This document shows, piece by piece, positions 10,252 to 25,172 of a DNA stretch of 64,000 nucleotides. Below the pieces are notes generated by a model. It did no database searches, was not told where the DNA came from, and worked only from the letters and a program-made list of their open reading frames with translations. A program made the position numbers and the translations under genes. The first letter of the stretch is position 1, and each line of letters starts with the position of its first letter. Origin of the DNA: a bacterium (GTDB lineage Bacteria > Myxococcota_A > Bradymonadia > UBA7976 > UBA1532); the NCBI GenBank assembly GCA_030427205.1, contig JAUHXC010000013.1, positions 70,413 through 134,412 on the forward strand, read 5' to 3'.

Positions 10252-11595
10252 TCAGCCACGGCGCAGCGTCACGATGGCCAGATCGGGCACGCTGCCCGGC
10301 GTCTGATCGCACAGGGCGACCTCTTCGACGCTGTAGCGCGGCAGCGCTGCGAGGTCGCGCGCGAGCGCCGGCGCGAAGGGCGACAGACAGACGATGCGTC
10401 GCGGTGCCAGCGCGCGAACGGCGCCCATGGCTTCCGGTCCGAACGGCCGTCGCATGGCATGCATGACCACCAGATCGGCCCGGGCGCCGCGGGCGAGCAG
10501 CCGGCGCAGGGCATGCGCCGCCTCACCGGTCCGAAACGTCGCGTTGGTGACCCCGTTCTCGGCGGCGTTCGCTTCGGCGTCGAGCACCGCACCGCGCTCG
10601 ATGTCGATGCCGATCAGCGACCGGACCCGACGCGCGAGCGGCAGCGACAGCAGCCCGACACCGCAGCCGACCTCGATGACATCGTCGGTGGGCCGGCTGC
10701 CCGAGCCGTCGATGACTGCGCGTTGGATCGCGGGCACGGTCGCCGGCGCCTGTGGCACCCACGAGCGGGGGCCGGCGCGGAATCGGTCGTCGCCGATCGA
10801 GAAGCGCAGCATGGGATCGCCGCGAACCGGCCGGGGCCGATGAACCAGCCCTGCGCCGCGTCGAGGCAGTCGATCGACCAGCAGGGCCGTTTGCGGTTCG
10901 TCCACGAGCAGACGGTCGAATGGCGGATCGGCTGCGTGGGTATCCAGGGCCAGTATCACGCGGGTACTCGGCCCGATCCCGTGCACGATCACATGCCGCA
11001 ATACGCCCTCGCGCCGTTCGCTGTCCCAGGGCTCGACCGCCAGGGCCCGCAGCTCGCGTTCGAGGCGTGCCAACACCGCCCTCGAAGCCTCGTTCTGCAG
11101 CGGGCACTCGCCCAGCCTGACCGGCGGACACCCGCGTCGCGCCATGCCCAGGACCAGTCGACCGTCGCCGTCGCGCAAGGCCCGGGCGACGGCGCGGGCG
11201 CGTCCGCCGTCGTCGGCCGCCGAGGGCAGGCGTCGCCATGGCGCCTCGCCGGCCAGACCGCTCAGCGCCCGGTGATGCAGCGGGTCGGTGAGCTGGCGTC
11301 GATACGGTGTGGGCAGACCGCGAAGCGGGCAGCCCGGGCAGTCGTCGAACTGCTGACAGCGCGGGTCGATGCGCCGGGGCGAGGCGGTGAGCAACTCGAG
11401 GACGGTGGCGCGACCGTACGGGTCCGGCTGGACCTGCGCCGTCTCACCGGGCAGCAGGCCGGTGACGTCGAGGCGTATCGACTGGCCGGTTGTGACTCGC
11501 GTGGCGCCAGACCACCTCAGGGCATCGACGCCAGCGCCGACCCGAAGCGGCTCGATGCGCGGGTCGGGCTCACCGTCGACAGAGAGGTTCGGCAT
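10252..11595 (-). CDS. 23S rRNA (uracil-5)-methyltransferase RumA/RlmD-like (TRAM + Fe-S + SAM MTase)
   Basis: Cys cluster CPGCPL, SAM motif VIEVGCGVGLLSLPLA, and a C-terminal MTase domain. Confidence 0.85.
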   Translation of the reverse strand: MPNLSVDGEPDPRIEPLRVGAGVDALRWSGATRVTTGQSIRLDVTGLLPGETAQVQPDPYGRATVLELLTASPRRIDPRCQQFDDCPGCPLRGLPTPYRRQLTDPLHHRALSGLAGEAPWRRLPSAADDGGRARAVARALRDGDGRLVLGMARRGCPPVRLGECPLQNEASRAVLARLERELRALAVEPWDSERREGVLRHVIVHGIGPSTRVILALDTHAADPPFDRLLVDEPQTALLVDRLPRRGAGLVHRPRPVRGDPMLRFSIGDDRFRAGPRSWVPQAPATVPAIQRAVIDGSGSRPTDDVIEVGCGVGLLSLPLARRVRSLIGIDIERGAVLDAEANAAENGVTNATFRTGEAAHALRRLLARGARADLVVMHAMRRPFGPEAMGAVRALAPRRIVCLSPFAPALARDLAALPRYSVEEVALCDQTPGSVPDLAIVTLRRG

Positions 11596-11670
11596 GAGGC
11601 GGGCGGGGGGCGTGGGGCCGGCAGCGACGATGGCGCCGGCAGGGCGCAGAGCCGATGGGCGAGCGCGGTA

Positions 11671-13758
11671 TCAGTTGGGCGGCAGCTCGTAGAAGCGGTT
11701 GATCGGCTGAACCCGGCGGTCGCCCGGACTCCAGACGATCGAGGCGACCTCCCAGAAGTCCTCGGTATCGATGAGCTCGCGATCCGCCTCGAAGGCCAGC
11801 GCGCCGCCCAGGTAGATCCGCATCGTCACCAGGCTCGGGCCGTAGTCGCCCACGCCGGTCTCGCGGAACGAGCGGTAGTAGTGCGCCCCGACCCGGTAGG
11901 CCGAGCCGAGCGCCTGGGTATTCTCGGGGTTGTTGAGGTTGATGTTCTCCGGGCCGGCGCCGTTGACGTCGTCGATGTCGAGGCTCGGGTTGTCGTCCAC
12001 CTGGCCCAGCACGCCCCAGTCGGGGCTGGGGTTGCCGTAGTAGCAGCGGCGGCTGATGTCGCTCCAGCTCTGGGCGTTGGGGTGCAGGAACCACAGGTCG
12101 ACGTCGCTGCCGTCGGCGTCGGTCTGCGGGTTGACCGGCGAGGTGTCGTCGCCCGGGGTATCCCAGACCATCTGCACATGGATGTCTTCGTCGGGCTCGG
12201 CCAGGATCCGAATCTGGGCCGGCGCCTGCTCGCAGACGTCGCTCGGCGCGACCGCGTCGAGGTTGTCGACCACCCGCAGCTCGATGATGTACTCGCCGGT
12301 GAGGTCGACGAAGAACTGGGCGGTCGGGGTCTCGACCGAGTCGGGCGGGCCGCCGTCAGCGGGACGCAGCGGGTTGTGGAACTGCTCGACGGGCACCGCG
12401 GTCGAGCCCTGCGGGCGGCTGATGATGGTCCACTCGTAGCGCACGGGCCGCCCGTCGGGGCCGTCGGCGTCGACCGAGGGGCTGCCGTCCAGCGTGACGA
12501 TGTCGAGCGGCAGAACGACATACTCGGTGTCGGCGACCCGGGCTTCGGGGCACTCGTTGAGGGTGCCGCGGCCGACGAGCGGCACCTCGACCATCGGCAT
12601 GGCCGGATCGTTGGTGCTGATGACGACCATGCCCGCCGAGGCGTCCTCCGACTCGGGGGTGAAGACCACCGTGATGCCGCGGCTCGGCGGCACCGGCGGC
12701 TCGACGCTGCGGTCGAGGGCGGGCAGCTGCGAGGGCAGGGGGGGCAGGGTGTCGTCGTCGAGCGCGAAGACCCCGTTGCCGTCGTCGACGAGCTGAATGT
12801 CGTCGAGGCGCAAGGGCTCGCCGCCGCAGCTCTCGATGGTGAGGCGGCGCCGGTTGTCACGCCCGATGAGCGCCGCGCCGAACTCGAGGGTGCCCGGCAC
12901 CACGTTGATGCACGGCGTCGCGCCGTTGGCCCGCAGCTCGACGGTGCGCTCGGGCACCCGGTCGTTGCTGACGAAGACCACCAGCCCGTTGCTCGCCTCG
13001 TCGGCGTCGGGGGCGAAGGTCACGATGACCTCGAACGAGGCCGCCGGCGCGAGGCCCGCTTCACCGTCGCCGTCGGGATCCTCGAGCACCGCCGGGTTGG
13101 CGACGGGATCTTCGCCGTTGACGAGCAAGGTGAAGTTCTGGCTGCCGTCGACCCGCAGGCCCTGCATGAGCAGCGGCTCCTGGCCGATGTTGGTCGCCCG
13201 GATCGTGCGCTCGGCGGTGCTGCCGGCGGGCACCCGCTCGAAGTCGACGATGGTCGGGGTCAGGTTGAGCTCCGGTCCGCCGGCGATCACCTGCACCGGC
13301 ACGGTCACGTCCCGGTTCTCGGGGTCATTGCTCTCGAAGGTGATCTCGCCGCCGACCGCGTCGTCGGTGGCCGGGGCGAAGTTGACGTAGAGGGTCAGCC
13401 GCTCGCCGGGCGGCACGGTGACGACGCCGCCGAAGACGTTGACGCCGTCCTCGTAGGCGATGCGCTGAGCGCCATCGTCCTGCGTCGACAGCGCCCAGTA
13501 GATCCCGAATTCGCCGGAGAGGTTGGTATCGAGGTTGGCGATCTTGAGGTCGCCGGCGCCGATGTTCTCCACGGTGACGGTGCGCTCGGCGGACTCGCCG
13601 ACCGAGACCTTGGGGAACGAGATCATCTCGGGGATGACCTGCAACGACGAGAACGCCTCGTTGCGGATCGTCTCGTCACATCCCACCAGCATCCCGACCG
13701 CGGCCAGTATCAGGGGCATCGCGCGCAGCGAACGGCTGTGCATCCGGCTCTTCGTCAT
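11671..13758 (-). CDS. secreted lipoprotein with repeated beta-sandwich (choice-of-anchor-D/PKD-like) domains
   Basis: ATG at 13758 with a GGAGGA RBS. Lipobox LVGC. There are at least three ~100-aa repeats of the form 'I..FP.V.VG.S.ER.V.V.N.G...L.I' and a PKD-like 'RYEWTIISRPQGS' segment. Confidence 0.7.
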   Translation of the reverse strand: MTKSRMHSRSLRAMPLILAAVGMLVGCDETIRNEAFSSLQVIPEMISFPKVSVGESAERTVTVENIGAGDLKIANLDTNLSGEFGIYWALSTQDDGAQRIAYEDGVNVFGGVVTVPPGERLTLYVNFAPATDDAVGGEITFESNDPENRDVTVPVQVIAGGPELNLTPTIVDFERVPAGSTAERTIRATNIGQEPLLMQGLRVDGSQNFTLLVNGEDPVANPAVLEDPDGDGEAGLAPAASFEVIVTFAPDADEASNGLVVFVSNDRVPERTVELRANGATPCINVVPGTLEFGAALIGRDNRRRLTIESCGGEPLRLDDIQLVDDGNGVFALDDDTLPPLPSQLPALDRSVEPPVPPSRGITVVFTPESEDASAGMVVISTNDPAMPMVEVPLVGRGTLNECPEARVADTEYVVLPLDIVTLDGSPSVDADGPDGRPVRYEWTIISRPQGSTAVPVEQFHNPLRPADGGPPDSVETPTAQFFVDLTGEYIIELRVVDNLDAVAPSDVCEQAPAQIRILAEPDEDIHVQMVWDTPGDDTSPVNPQTDADGSDVDLWFLHPNAQSWSDISRRCYYGNPSPDWGVLGQVDDNPSLDIDDVNGAGPENINLNNPENTQALGSAYRVGAHYYRSFRETGVGDYGPSLVTMRIYLGGALAFEADRELIDTEDFWEVASIVWSPGDRRVQPINRFYELPPN

Positions 13759-14145
13759 GTCTTCCTCCGCCTGGCTACACGGACACGGTTCGTCTTGGGG
13801 ACGCCGCGCCAACGTCGTCATCATCGATACGTCGCCCGCGCCGACCAGTGCAAAATCCTGCCCGGCGTGGCGCATCTTTCCGCCCAGCCGGTAGATAATC
13901 AAGCGATAATCGATTCTGCTTGCAGGTCAGAGGCTTGCCGGTTGTCGGCGGCTCTGCGCTCGCGGGGCCGGCGCGCCCAAAATCGGCGTTGTTCCGAATA
14001 TGGGCCTGTCGGGCCGGGTGTCGGCCCGCGGCCGCGCGCTGTCAGCGGGATACCTTCGTGCCGTCGGGCGCCTTGCCCGTGGGGCGGGTGCCGGCGGCGC
14101 CCACGGCTTCGACGTGGTCGGACCGGGCGCTGCTTGCAGGGCGCG

Positions 14146-16881
14146 CTACTTCGATCCGCCGGTGGGCGCCTTCGATCCGGCGGCCGGCTCTGCATTCGAA
14201 GGCTCGGCCGCGGGCTTGCCGGCGGGCTGCAGCGCGGCCGTGAGCGGCTCCGCGATCGCCCCGCGCAGGCGGGCGCAGCGGCGAATATTCTCGAGCACCA
14301 GGCCGAGGTTCCGCGCCGTGCCATCGGGCGCATGGGCCGGATCGGAGAAGAACGCCTCGACCCGCTCGGCGTCCTGCTCGGTGCAGAAGCCGTTGCCGAC
14401 CCAGGGGAAGCGCGCCCGGTAGTCATCGCCCATGCGCTCGGCCAGGGCGTCGTAGTTGCGGGTCATCCACATCCACACGGCGTCACGGGTGGCGTGCCCC
14501 ACCCCGCGCAGCAGGGTCCTGAAGTCCTGCGCGGGCAGGGTCCCGTCGAGCATCAGGTCGAAGGTGCGCGTCGCCAGGGCAGGATCCTGGAAGGAACCCA
14601 ACGCACCGACGATGGCGACGCGCTTGATGGGATCGGGAGCGGTCTCGAGGGCCGCGCGCAGCTGTGTCCACAGCTCGGCATCGCCCTCCCACGCGGCGAT
14701 GGGCAGCACGAGGCTGGCCACTTCACCGGTCACCGCCTCGGGGTCGGCGAGCAGCGCGTCGACCTGTTCTCGGGCGAGCTTTCGCAGGGCGGCGTCGCGC
14801 CCGATATAGGCCAGCGGCGTCACCAGCCGCGGGCGCAGCAGGCGGGTCGCGACCGGGTCCTCCGCGCTCGGCAGAGGCCCGATGCGCTGCACGTGGGGAC
14901 CGATGGCCGCGCGCACGCGCCGGGCGAAGGCGTCGCCGAGGGCCGGACGATGCACGACCACCGCCTCGAAGAGTCGCCCGAAGCCGTCGACGACCCCCTG
15001 CACGACGAGGCGCTGAGTCCGCCGGGCGAGCAGGTCGAGCGCCGCGAGATAGGCCTCGACGGGCATCTCTCCGGCCTCGAGCAGCGTGCGGTAGGTGCCG
15101 GGCAGCGCGACCCGTTCGGCCGGCGTCAGGGCTTCGTAGTGCTCGCCGGCCAGGGCCAGCATGCGTTCGGGGGTCGTCTTCCACTGATAGTAGCCGCGCT
15201 GATCGTCGTTGCCCTGCAGCCAGTCGGGGCAGCCGGGCTGGCCGAGGGCGCGCTCGGCGGACTTGCCTTCGAACTCGAAGCACTCTCGATGGGTCTTGCC
15301 GCCGACGCCGTAGCGAATGCACATCGGCACCACCCACGGCTCGCCCTGCGGCGCGTCGCTGCCGGCGGGCAACGAGCGCTGCTGAGCCATGCCGAGGGTC
15401 GCCGGCGCGCCGTCGGTGCACGAGACCGTCAGCGCGACGAGCGGCGTGCCGGGCTGGTCGAGGAACATGCGGGCGGTCGCGGCGACCGGCTTGCCGGTGG
15501 ACGTCTCGAGGGCGTCCATGAGGTCGGCGGTGGTGCCGGTGCCGTAGGCGTGGCCCTTGATGTAGGCCCGGACCCCGTCGCGGAAGGGCTCGACGCCTGT
15601 CCACGACTCGAGCATGCGCAGCACCGCGGCGCCCTTGCCATAGGTGATGCCGTCGAATGCGTTCCCGACGTCGCCGCCGTCGGCGATGGGCTGGCGGATG
15701 GCGCGCGCGTGGCGCTGAGCGTCGAGATCCATCACATAAGCCGTCCCGGCGACCCGTTCGAGGTTCATCTCGAGCGCCGGATCGACCTGATGCACGATCT
15801 TGGCCGCCATCCACGTGGCGAAGGCCTCGTTCAGCCACAGGTCGTCCCACCAGGCGAGGGTGACCATGTTGCCGAACCACATGTGGGCCAGTTCGTGCGC
15901 GATGACCGACTGGCTCCACATCTTGCGGTTGGCCGGCGCGGTCTCCTCGTCGAGCAGCAGCAGCGTCTCGCGGTAGGTGACGAGCCCCACGTTCTCCATC
16001 GCGCCGGCGGCGAAGTTGGGCACCGCGACCATGTCGAGCTTGTCGAAGGGGTGCGGTCCGCCGAAGTACTCGCTCAGCGCGGCGTGGATGATCGGCGTGC
16101 GCTCGAGCGCGTAGTCCGCCAGCTTGCCTTTGCCCTTGGTCGCGATGATGCGAAACGGCACGCCTGGGATGGCGTCTTCGGGGGCTTCGACCACGTCGAA
16201 GTCGCCCACGGCGAAGGCCACCAGGTACGTGGGCAGCGGGCGGCTCTCGGCGAAGGTGAACGCGGTCAGTTCGCCGCCCTCGGCCTTCGACACCTGCAGG
16301 CTGTTGGAGAGCGCGAGCAGGCCGTTGGGCACCCGCAGCGTCGTATTGAACGGGGTCTTGAAGTCGGGCTGGTCGAAGCACGGGAAGACCCGCCGCGCCG
16401 ACAGCGGCTGGAACTGGGTGAAGGCATACCAGCTGCCCCCATCTTCGACCCGGTAGAGCCCGGTGGGCACCTCGGGCAGCTTGCCCTCGAACTGGAAGGT
16501 CAGCGTGGCTTCACCCGCTGGCAGCGGCTCGACGAAGACTGCGCCCAGCCCGCCGTTGGGTCCGCTGACCGCGCGCCCGGTTCGGGTCGCGTCGCCCACC
16601 TTGGCTTCCAGGGCGGTGATCGTGAGGTCTTCGCCGTGCAGCTCGATGATGGCCTGCGGCCCGCTGAGCCGCACGTCGATCGAGACGGTGCCGCGGGTGG
16701 TGGTGGCGTTCGGGTCGATCTGCAGGTCGAGCGTATAGCTCAGGGGCGTGACGGCGCTGCCCAGCCGGGCGTCGCCGTCCGGTCCCGCGGCGGAGGCTTC
16801 GCCGTTGTCGGGTGCCGGTGCCGGGGCGCTGCCACAGCCGAAGAAGAGCAACATGATGAGCCAGAAGCGTGTGTCGGGCAC
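14146..16881 (-). CDS. M1-family aminopeptidase N-like lipoprotein
   Basis: GAMEN motif and the HEXXH...E zinc site (VIAHELAHMWFGN...WLNEAF). GTG start at 16881 with an AGGAGGA RBS 7 nt upstream. Lipobox-like LFFGC. Confidence 0.9.
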   Translation of the reverse strand: MPDTRFWLIMLLFFGCGSAPAPAPDNGEASAAGPDGDARLGSAVTPLSYTLDLQIDPNATTTRGTVSIDVRLSGPQAIIELHGEDLTITALEAKVGDATRTGRAVSGPNGGLGAVFVEPLPAGEATLTFQFEGKLPEVPTGLYRVEDGGSWYAFTQFQPLSARRVFPCFDQPDFKTPFNTTLRVPNGLLALSNSLQVSKAEGGELTAFTFAESRPLPTYLVAFAVGDFDVVEAPEDAIPGVPFRIIATKGKGKLADYALERTPIIHAALSEYFGGPHPFDKLDMVAVPNFAAGAMENVGLVTYRETLLLLDEETAPANRKMWSQSVIAHELAHMWFGNMVTLAWWDDLWLNEAFATWMAAKIVHQVDPALEMNLERVAGTAYVMDLDAQRHARAIRQPIADGGDVGNAFDGITYGKGAAVLRMLESWTGVEPFRDGVRAYIKGHAYGTGTTADLMDALETSTGKPVAATARMFLDQPGTPLVALTVSCTDGAPATLGMAQQRSLPAGSDAPQGEPWVVPMCIRYGVGGKTHRECFEFEGKSAERALGQPGCPDWLQGNDDQRGYYQWKTTPERMLALAGEHYEALTPAERVALPGTYRTLLEAGEMPVEAYLAALDLLARRTQRLVVQGVVDGFGRLFEAVVVHRPALGDAFARRVRAAIGPHVQRIGPLPSAEDPVATRLLRPRLVTPLAYIGRDAALRKLAREQVDALLADPEAVTGEVASLVLPIAAWEGDAELWTQLRAALETAPDPIKRVAIVGALGSFQDPALATRTFDLMLDGTLPAQDFRTLLRGVGHATRDAVWMWMTRNYDALAERMGDDYRARFPWVGNGFCTEQDAERVEAFFSDPAHAPDGTARNLGLVLENIRRCARLRGAIAEPLTAALQPAGKPAAEPSNAEPAAGSKAPTGGSK

Positions 16882-17110
16882 CGGGCGTCCTCCTGAGCAG
16901 ACCGTGGCGGCGCAGCATACAGCACGGCGCCCGAGGCTGCGACGCCCTGGCATGCCGCGGCCTTCCCGAGAGCGGCCCGGCTCGGCCGAACTGCGACGCA
17001 GCCGAGCCTTGCGCCGTGGGCGCTCATCGCGCGTCGGCCTTCCAATCGGTGGAGTGCCCGACGAAGATGGACCGGTGGGCGATCCGCCCGCCCCGACCGA
17101 TGGAGCTGTC

Positions 17111-17866
17111 TTGACCCGGATCACCTGCCTCGGCTCGAGCGATGCGTTCAACAGCGGCGGTCGAGCCAACAGCTGCTTCTGGGTCGACGACGCCCACGGT
17201 GCCTTCACCGTCGACTTCGGGCCGACCGCGCTGCTGGCGATCGAGCGGCTGAAGCTCGACCTGAGCCGGCTCGACAGCGTCTTCGTCACCCACCTGCACG
17301 GGGATCACATCGGCGGGCTGGCTCAGTTGCTCTGCGCGTATCAGCATCGCGAGAAGCGCCGCAGACCCCTGACGATCGGGGGGCCGCCGGGCATCGAGCG
17401 GCGGTTGGCGGCGGCGATCGAATCGGCCTATCCCAGCTTGTCGCGACGTGGGTTGGGGTTTCCCCTGCGCATCGTGCGCTGGACGGTGCCCGGGACCACG
17501 GATTGCGGTGGGCGGACGGTCAGCGCCATCCGCGCCCGTCATGACATCCATGCCATCGCCTGCTCGCTGAGGATCACGACCGGCGAGCACGCGCTGACGT
17601 TCAGCGGTGATACCGGCTGGCAGGCCGAGCTGGTCGAGCTGGCAGCGGGCGCCGATCTCTTCGTATGCGAGTGCAGCGACGTCGAGGCGGGCTACTGGGC
17701 CCATATCAGCCTGACCGAAATCGCCGCCGAGCGCGCGACGATCCGGGCCGATCGGCTGTGGTTGACCCACTTCGGCGCCGCGAGCCGCGCTGCGGCCCTG
17801 GCCCGTGCCCAAGAGCTCGACCTCACGGTCGCCGACGACGGCCTCGTGCTCGAGCTGGGCCGTTGA
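17111..17866 (+). CDS. MBL-fold metallo-hydrolase (RNase Z/PhnP-like, ~250 aa)
   Basis: HxHxDH motif (THLHGDHIGG). TTG start with a GGAG RBS yields MTRITCLGSSDAF..., which is typical of an MBL N-terminus. The stop lies 14 nt before the next gene. Confidence 0.8.
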   Translation: MTRITCLGSSDAFNSGGRANSCFWVDDAHGAFTVDFGPTALLAIERLKLDLSRLDSVFVTHLHGDHIGGLAQLLCAYQHREKRRRPLTIGGPPGIERRLAAAIESAYPSLSRRGLGFPLRIVRWTVPGTTDCGGRTVSAIRARHDIHAIACSLRITTGEHALTFSGDTGWQAELVELAAGADLFVCECSDVEAGYWAHISLTEIAAERATIRADRLWLTHFGAASRAAALARAQELDLTVADDGLVLELGR

Positions 17867-17880
17867 CGGCGAGAGAGCGC

Positions 17881-19542
17881 GTGTCTGGTCCAGACGCAGC
17901 CGATACCGCGGGACACGTCTTCGTCGTGCGCGGTGACTTGACCCGATTCGGCTGCGACGCGTGGTTGTTGCCCACCGATCGCGTGCGGCACGTCACCCGA
18001 AGCTGGTGGCGCAACCCGTCGCTGGTGCCCCTGCTGCGTGCGGCCGGGTGTTGGCGCCACGGGGCCAAGCCCGACTTCATCGCGCCCTTCGAGGGGCGGG
18101 TGCTGCCGCTGCTCGACGCGCTCGACGGGCAGCCGGCGCGGCCCATCCCGTGCCTGACGCGGGTCGGCAACCGGGCGGATACGCCGCTCGAGTGGTACAT
18201 CGAAGGGGTCGAGGCCTTCGTCGATGTCGCGCTCGCGGCGCTCGCTGAGGGCCGGGTCCTGTCCCGTCGGGCGCGCCCGCTGCTCGCGCTGCCCCTCGTG
18301 GGCACGGGGCACGGCGGCAAGCGGCGCCATGCCGGGCAGGTCGCCGAGGCGCTGGTCGATGCGCTGTACGGCATCGCCGAACGGCGCGGTGTCGATCTGG
18401 CGCTGGTGACGCGCTCCGACCGCGATTTTGCGGGGGCGCAGGCGGCGCGTCGCGAGCGGGCGGCCTTCGCCGCGCTGTCGCCGCGTCTGGTCGAGCGCGC
18501 CCGCCGGCTGGCCCGGCAGGCGGCCACCGGGCAGCTGGTGATCTTCCTCGGCGCCGGGGTGAGCGCCGGGGCCGGTCTGCCGCTGTGGAGCGAGCTGCTC
18601 GCTCAGCTCGCCGGTCGGGCCGGGCTGCACACCGAGAGCGACGAGTGGCCGCATTTCGGCGCGCTCGGCGCCTTGGATCAGGCCGAGTATCTCGCGGCGC
18701 GCCTGCGTGAACACGGCGGGCTCGGGCAGGCCGTCGTCGACGCCCTCGAGCCCTACGACGTCTACAGCCTGGCCCACGGGCTCGTCGCCGGTCTGCCGGT
18801 CGGCGAGGCGATCACCACCAATTACGATCGGCTCTTCGAGCATGCCTGTCAGGCCGCCGGCCGCCCGTGCGCGGTCCTGCCCTACAGCCCCGGTACGCAG
18901 CACGATCGCTGGCTGCTGAAGATGCACGGGTGTCTCTCGCGGCCCGAAGACATCGTGCTCACCCGCGAGAGCTACCTGCGCTATGCCGAGCGCAACGCCG
19001 CGTTGGCGGGCATCGTTCAGGCGATGCTGATCACCCGGCACATGCTCTATCTGGGCTTCGGCCTGGGCGATGACAACTTCCTGCGCATCGTCGACGCGGT
19101 GCGCCGGGCCATGGTGCCGGGCGCGGCGTCGGGCAGGGTATCGGGCGACGCCGAGCGCAGCCGCGCCGGGTCGTCGGGCGACGCACCGCTCGGCACCGCG
19201 GTGATGCTGTCCGACAATCCGCTGCTGCGGACCCTGTGGCGTGGCGAGCTGGAGTGGCTCAGCGTAGACGACGGCGCGGCCGACGTGGCGATCGCCGCCC
19301 GCCGGGTCGAGATCTTCCTCGACTGCATCTCGCTGCACGCGACCGCGCCGGCGCACCTGCTCGACAATCGCTTCGCGCCGCTGCGGTCGGCCGAGGACGA
19401 GGCGCTCGCGCGGTTGCTCGACCCGCTGTCTCGCCTCGCCGCGGCCGACCCGGCGCGGCAGTCGTCCGCCTGGCCGATGGTGGCGCAGCTGCTCCGTCGG
19501 CTCGGCCGCACGCCGGGGCCGACGCGCAAGACCGACGACTGA
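17881..19542 (+). CDS. fusion protein: N-terminal macro-like (ADP-ribose-binding-like) domain + SIR2-family (DHS-like NAD/FAD-binding, SIR2_2-type) domain + ~150-aa C-terminal domain of unknown function
   Basis: SIR2_2 motifs are present: LVIFLGAGVSAGAGLPLWSELL, ITTNYDRLFE, LLKMHGCLSRPEDIVLTRESY, and LYLGFGLGDDNF. The N-terminus (VFVVRGDLTRFGCDAWLLPTD...LALPLVGTGHGG) resembles the macro-domain fold motifs. GTG start with a GAGAGAG RBS. The Arg-rich 72-aa extension in the track is rejected. Confidence 0.75.
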   Translation: MSGPDAADTAGHVFVVRGDLTRFGCDAWLLPTDRVRHVTRSWWRNPSLVPLLRAAGCWRHGAKPDFIAPFEGRVLPLLDALDGQPARPIPCLTRVGNRADTPLEWYIEGVEAFVDVALAALAEGRVLSRRARPLLALPLVGTGHGGKRRHAGQVAEALVDALYGIAERRGVDLALVTRSDRDFAGAQAARRERAAFAALSPRLVERARRLARQAATGQLVIFLGAGVSAGAGLPLWSELLAQLAGRAGLHTESDEWPHFGALGALDQAEYLAARLREHGGLGQAVVDALEPYDVYSLAHGLVAGLPVGEAITTNYDRLFEHACQAAGRPCAVLPYSPGTQHDRWLLKMHGCLSRPEDIVLTRESYLRYAERNAALAGIVQAMLITRHMLYLGFGLGDDNFLRIVDAVRRAMVPGAASGRVSGDAERSRAGSSGDAPLGTAVMLSDNPLLRTLWRGELEWLSVDDGAADVAIAARRVEIFLDCISLHATAPAHLLDNRFAPLRSAEDEALARLLDPLSRLAAADPARQSSAWPMVAQLLRRLGRTPGPTRKTDD

Positions 19543-19675
19543 CAAGGCGCGCCTCGCTGGGGCAGGGGTCGGGTCGATGCCCGTATCGCGGCCATCGCTG
19601 CGATGAATCGCGGCCTCACGGACACCTTGGCGCCGTCGATCGGTAGTCATCCCGACGCATTGATCGGGAGGTGCC

Positions 19676-20122
19676 GTGCACCGACGACAACTCGCCAGGC
19701 ACGCCGAGATCCTGCGGGCGATGATGAAGACCGGGGTGACGCTCGAACGCATCGGCGACAGCTTCGTCCGCCTCGCCGAACACCCCGACTTCCTCCGCTG
19801 CTCTCGGCCGCATCGCGATCCCGACCTCGAACGGCACCTGTGGGCCGCCGCGGTGCAGCGCGACCTCGTCGAACCCGAAGCGGCCCGCGGGACCCTGCCG
19901 TTGATGCGACATACGCCCTCCCGCCTGGTGCACGGCACGCTGCCGGGGACCGGCCTGCTGCCGGTGATCGTGTGCTGGTTCGAGCCCGATGCCCAGGGCC
20001 TGTTCATCGCCGCCGATCTCGAGCGGGGCAATGACTACCATCGCCTCTGTCGATGGCGACCGCCGGCAGCGCCCGGGCGCCGTGCCCGCTGGCGGCCCTT
20101 CGCGCGCGCAGCGAGCGCCTGA
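19676..20122 (+). CDS. hypothetical protein (148 aa), third gene of the MBL-hydrolase / macro-SIR2 cluster
   Basis: GTG start with a strong GGGAGG RBS 5 nt upstream. GC3-rich codon usage. No recognisable domain. Confidence 0.4.
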   Translation: MHRRQLARHAEILRAMMKTGVTLERIGDSFVRLAEHPDFLRCSRPHRDPDLERHLWAAAVQRDLVEPEAARGTLPLMRHTPSRLVHGTLPGTGLLPVIVCWFEPDAQGLFIAADLERGNDYHRLCRWRPPAAPGRRARWRPFARAASA

Positions 20123-20157
20123 CGGGGCCCGCAGGCCATGCTGCGCGGCGCTGCAGG

Positions 20158-23619
<3,462 letters not shown>

Positions 23620-23744
23620 CGGCAGGCCACCTCCTCACGCGCGGTCGGAATTCGACGCGTTGCTTTCGAGCTGTATCCGTTCGAGTCTACTCGCCCGTTC
23701 ACGTCGCGGCCATCACCACGATCGTCACGATCGTCGGCGTCGGC

Positions 23745-25172
<1,428 letters not shown>

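Noticed and set aside
10024-16896. 2290-aa plus-strand ORF spanning ~7 kb
   Set aside because: Arg/Gly/Ala/Pro-rich with no motifs. It is antisense to three well-supported minus-strand genes (RumA-like MTase, repeat lipoprotein, M1 aminopeptidase). This is a typical high-GC open-frame artefact.
17692-20031. 779-aa minus-strand ORF
   Set aside because: Antisense to the macro-SIR2 gene and to the small downstream ORF. Arg/Pro-rich junk.
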